Positions 14,414 to 15,670 of a DNA stretch of 15,670 nucleotides are shown piece after piece. This DNA is from a virus. The notes beneath the pieces were generated by a model. The model saw only the letters and a list, made by a program, of their open reading frames with translations, was not told where the DNA came from and ran no database searches. Both the position numbers and the translations under genes were made by a program. The stretch lies in the IMG/VR virus record IMGVR_UViG_3300045988_079839, positions 1 through 15,670 of that record; one strand, given 5' to 3'. The first letter of the stretch is position 1; every line of letters starts with the position of its first letter.

Positions 14414-14878
14414 TTATAAAATATTAAATAGTTTCCATGTGAAATCTGAAAAGTGTTCCGCTATGAATGATACAGAAGATAAAAAAAGATACAGTAAAAA
14501 TGTTGCCATAATAATCACGGATAAAATACCTAAGAAAGAAGATATCTTTTCTAATTTGGTATATGGTTCTTTTTCTTCTGTAGGTGTATGCCTTTTTATC
14601 CAGTCTATTTCCGATTCGTGTAATGTTTCACGTGAAACATTATTGACATCTGGTTTGTTAGGGCTAACTGTCTCTATATAGTCTTTAATTCCATCTGACG
14701 GATTGGCGTAGCTATGTCCATCAAAACCCACATAAATGTTTTTATTAGTATACAAATTTTCTACCCAGTAGGGTTCGTCTACAAATAAGGCTATGTAGTT
14801 GTTTAGTGAGTTTTCAGTGTGAAAGTCGTGTATTTCTACGCCAAAATCTGTGATATTATGTAATCTGTATTTAATCAT
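14414..14878 (-). CDS. Early membrane-anchored protein of unknown function
   Basis: 154 aa with a C-terminal TM segment FLGILSVIIMATFLLYLFLSSVSFI. SD is AAGGAGAGG. The start overlaps the upstream stop (ATGATTAA). Confidence 0.6.
   Translation of the reverse strand: MIKYRLHNITDFGVEIHDFHTENSLNNYIALFVDEPYWVENLYTNKNIYVGFDGHSYANPSDGIKDYIETVSPNKPDVNNVSRETLHESEIDWIKRHTPTEEKEPYTKLEKISSFLGILSVIIMATFLLYLFLSSVSFIAEHFSDFTWKLFNIL
14595..14623 (-). promoter_or_regulatory. Weak candidate internal promoter with the same geometry to site F as the 9338-9366 promoter has to site D
   Basis: On the minus strand: TTACAC (14618-14623), 17-nt spacer, TGg, GATAAA (14595-14600). The palindrome centre is 11 bp upstream of the -35 centre in both cases. 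Confidence 0.25.
14621..14642. promoter_or_regulatory. Palindrome site F: 22-bp perfect palindrome TAATGTTTCACGTGAAACATTA inside a coding region
   Basis: An exact inverted repeat. It lies within the 14414-14878 gene and encodes ...NNVSRETL... Confidence 0.8.
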
Positions 14879-15296
14879 TTTTACCTCTCCTTAAAAATCT
14901 TGAATAATATCTTGTTTCCCATATATCGTCTATAGAATTTAAAATAACCTCATATTTACTATAGTCTACGCCATTAATTTGTTGACATAATGTTGCTACT
15001 CTGCCCCATTGAATATGAAAACTATCTCTAGCATTATCATATAAACCCCCTAACACATCTTTAAAAAATTCAATTAATTCTACACTAATACTTGTACTAA
15101 ATATATATAATTCATCTTTAATATAAAAACAATAACAAGTATTATCTATTGAAGCTGTAACAATAGAATCTTTAGTGCTATACATCTGCACTATTGTTAA
15201 TAAGGATTCGTCTGTGTATAACGCCTCACTTCTAACTATGTGCCCTGTATTAGAATTAATTACAACGACTTTAACTCTATTAATTTCTTCGTTCAT
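14871..15296 (-). CDS. Hypothetical early protein (141 aa)
   Basis: A complete ORF with SD AAGGAGGAA and a TAA stop. I recognise no motif. Confidence 0.6.
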   Translation of the reverse strand: MNEEINRVKVVVINSNTGHIVRSEALYTDESLLTIVQMYSTKDSIVTASIDNTCYCFYIKDELYIFSTSISVELIEFFKDVLGGLYDNARDSFHIQWGRVATLCQQINGVDYSKYEVILNSIDDIWETRYYSRFLRRGKND

Positions 15297-15300
15297 TTAT

Positions 15301-15519
15301 TTATTCCTCCTTTGAATAGTACCTTTTTCCCCAAGAATTAGATAGTTCACGTAGTTTGTTTTCTTCATTGTCTCGCTCTGTCTCTGTAAAGTCTGATAAC
15401 TCTAAATAGGCTGATATTCTACCCATTTGCATTATAAAGGCTACAAATGATTTATCATATAAACCTAGTTCAATATCTTGTTTAAATGTGTTATAAAATA
15501 ATTGATACTTCTCGTTCAT
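15301..15519 (-). CDS. Hypothetical early protein (72 aa), first gene of the right-end operon
   Basis: The ATG lies 1 nt beyond the ITR boundary. The SD and promoter are supplied by the ITR. Confidence 0.6.
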   Translation of the reverse strand: MNEKYQLFYNTFKQDIELGLYDKSFVAFIMQMGRISAYLELSDFTETERDNEENKLRELSNSWGKRYYSKEE

Positions 15520-15670
15520 TTTTTATTCCTCCTTATTTTATTAGGTTTCCTTGTTTCTATAATTATAATACCACACCTCTTATTATTTATCAAGTATTTT
15601 TTGTGCTTTTTTAATCAAAAGGGGGACGTGTTCTCATTGGGAATAACGTAAGCCCTCTCCATGCTCTGTC
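15520..15670. repeat. Right inverted terminal repeat (151 bp, perfect)
   Basis: It is the reverse complement of 1-151. Confidence 0.97.
15565..15593 (-). promoter_or_regulatory. Sigma-A type early promoter inside the right ITR
   Basis: It mirrors 78-106: TTGATA (15588-15593), 17-nt spacer, TGg, TATTAT (15565-15570). Confidence 0.6.

Larger units (their letters stand above)
1..15670. other. Complete linear genome of a phi29-like protein-primed podophage
   Basis: Perfect ITRs lie at both extremities. The gene set is collinear with phi29 gp2/3/5/6/7/8/9/10/11/13/16 homologues. No flanking host genes are present. Confidence 0.85.

Noticed and set aside
7872-14642. CRISPR array or MITE-like element as the explanation for the repeated palindromes.
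   Set aside because: The copies are dispersed at irregular spacing (19 bp to several kb). There are no uniform spacers and no flanking target-site duplications or terminal repeats beyond the palindrome itself.
1-15670. Prophage or temperate lifestyle features, tRNA genes, and defence or anti-defence islands.
   Set aside because: No integrase, recombinase, CI/Cro-like pair, attachment-site repeats or cloverleaf-capable segments were noticed. The ITRs and the terminal protein/polymerase pair indicate a free linear, probably strictly lytic genome.

Overview
This window appears to be a complete linear 15,670-bp genome of a small phi29-like, protein-primed podophage. It is bounded by perfect 151-bp inverted terminal repeats (1-151 and 15520-15670). 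Nineteen of the 20 confident genes are on the minus strand. Reading right to left, the layout is as follows. (1) An early module at 15519->11591 holds three unknown small proteins (one membrane-anchored), an AbrB/SpoVT-like DNA binder, a putative terminal protein and a family-B protein-primed DNA polymerase. (2) A duplicated early-promoter module is followed by p6-like dsDNA-binding and p5-like ssDNA-binding proteins and a terminator. (3) Next comes a gp16-like packaging ATPase. (4) A 250-bp ORF-free control region follows. (5) A late block holds BhlA/UviB-like holin, GH25 endolysin, NlpC/P60 + tail-lysozyme hydrolase, scaffold, major capsid, tail knob, portal, lower collar and two fibre proteins, ending at a bidirectional terminator. 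One 59-codon plus-strand gene sits at the left end. Strong GGAGG Shine-Dalgarno sites, AT richness and the lysis genes suggest a low-GC Firmicutes host; no integrase or repressor is seen. The main observations are these. (a) The polymerase reading frame carries a single in-frame TGA (12482-12484) at a position collinear with phi29 gp2, while 19 of 20 genes stop with TAA. (b) A CACGTG-centred palindrome (ATGTTTCACGTGAAACAT) occurs as four perfect and three partial copies at gene boundaries and promoters. (c) There are four near-identical early promoters, two of them inside the ITRs together with the SD. (d) An ORF-free promoter-driven transcript next to the packaging ATPase is a candidate pRNA-like RNA. 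(e) A small ORF is reachable only by a +1 shift at an A8 run. All homology statements rest on my recall of phi29 proteins and on motifs, not on database searches.
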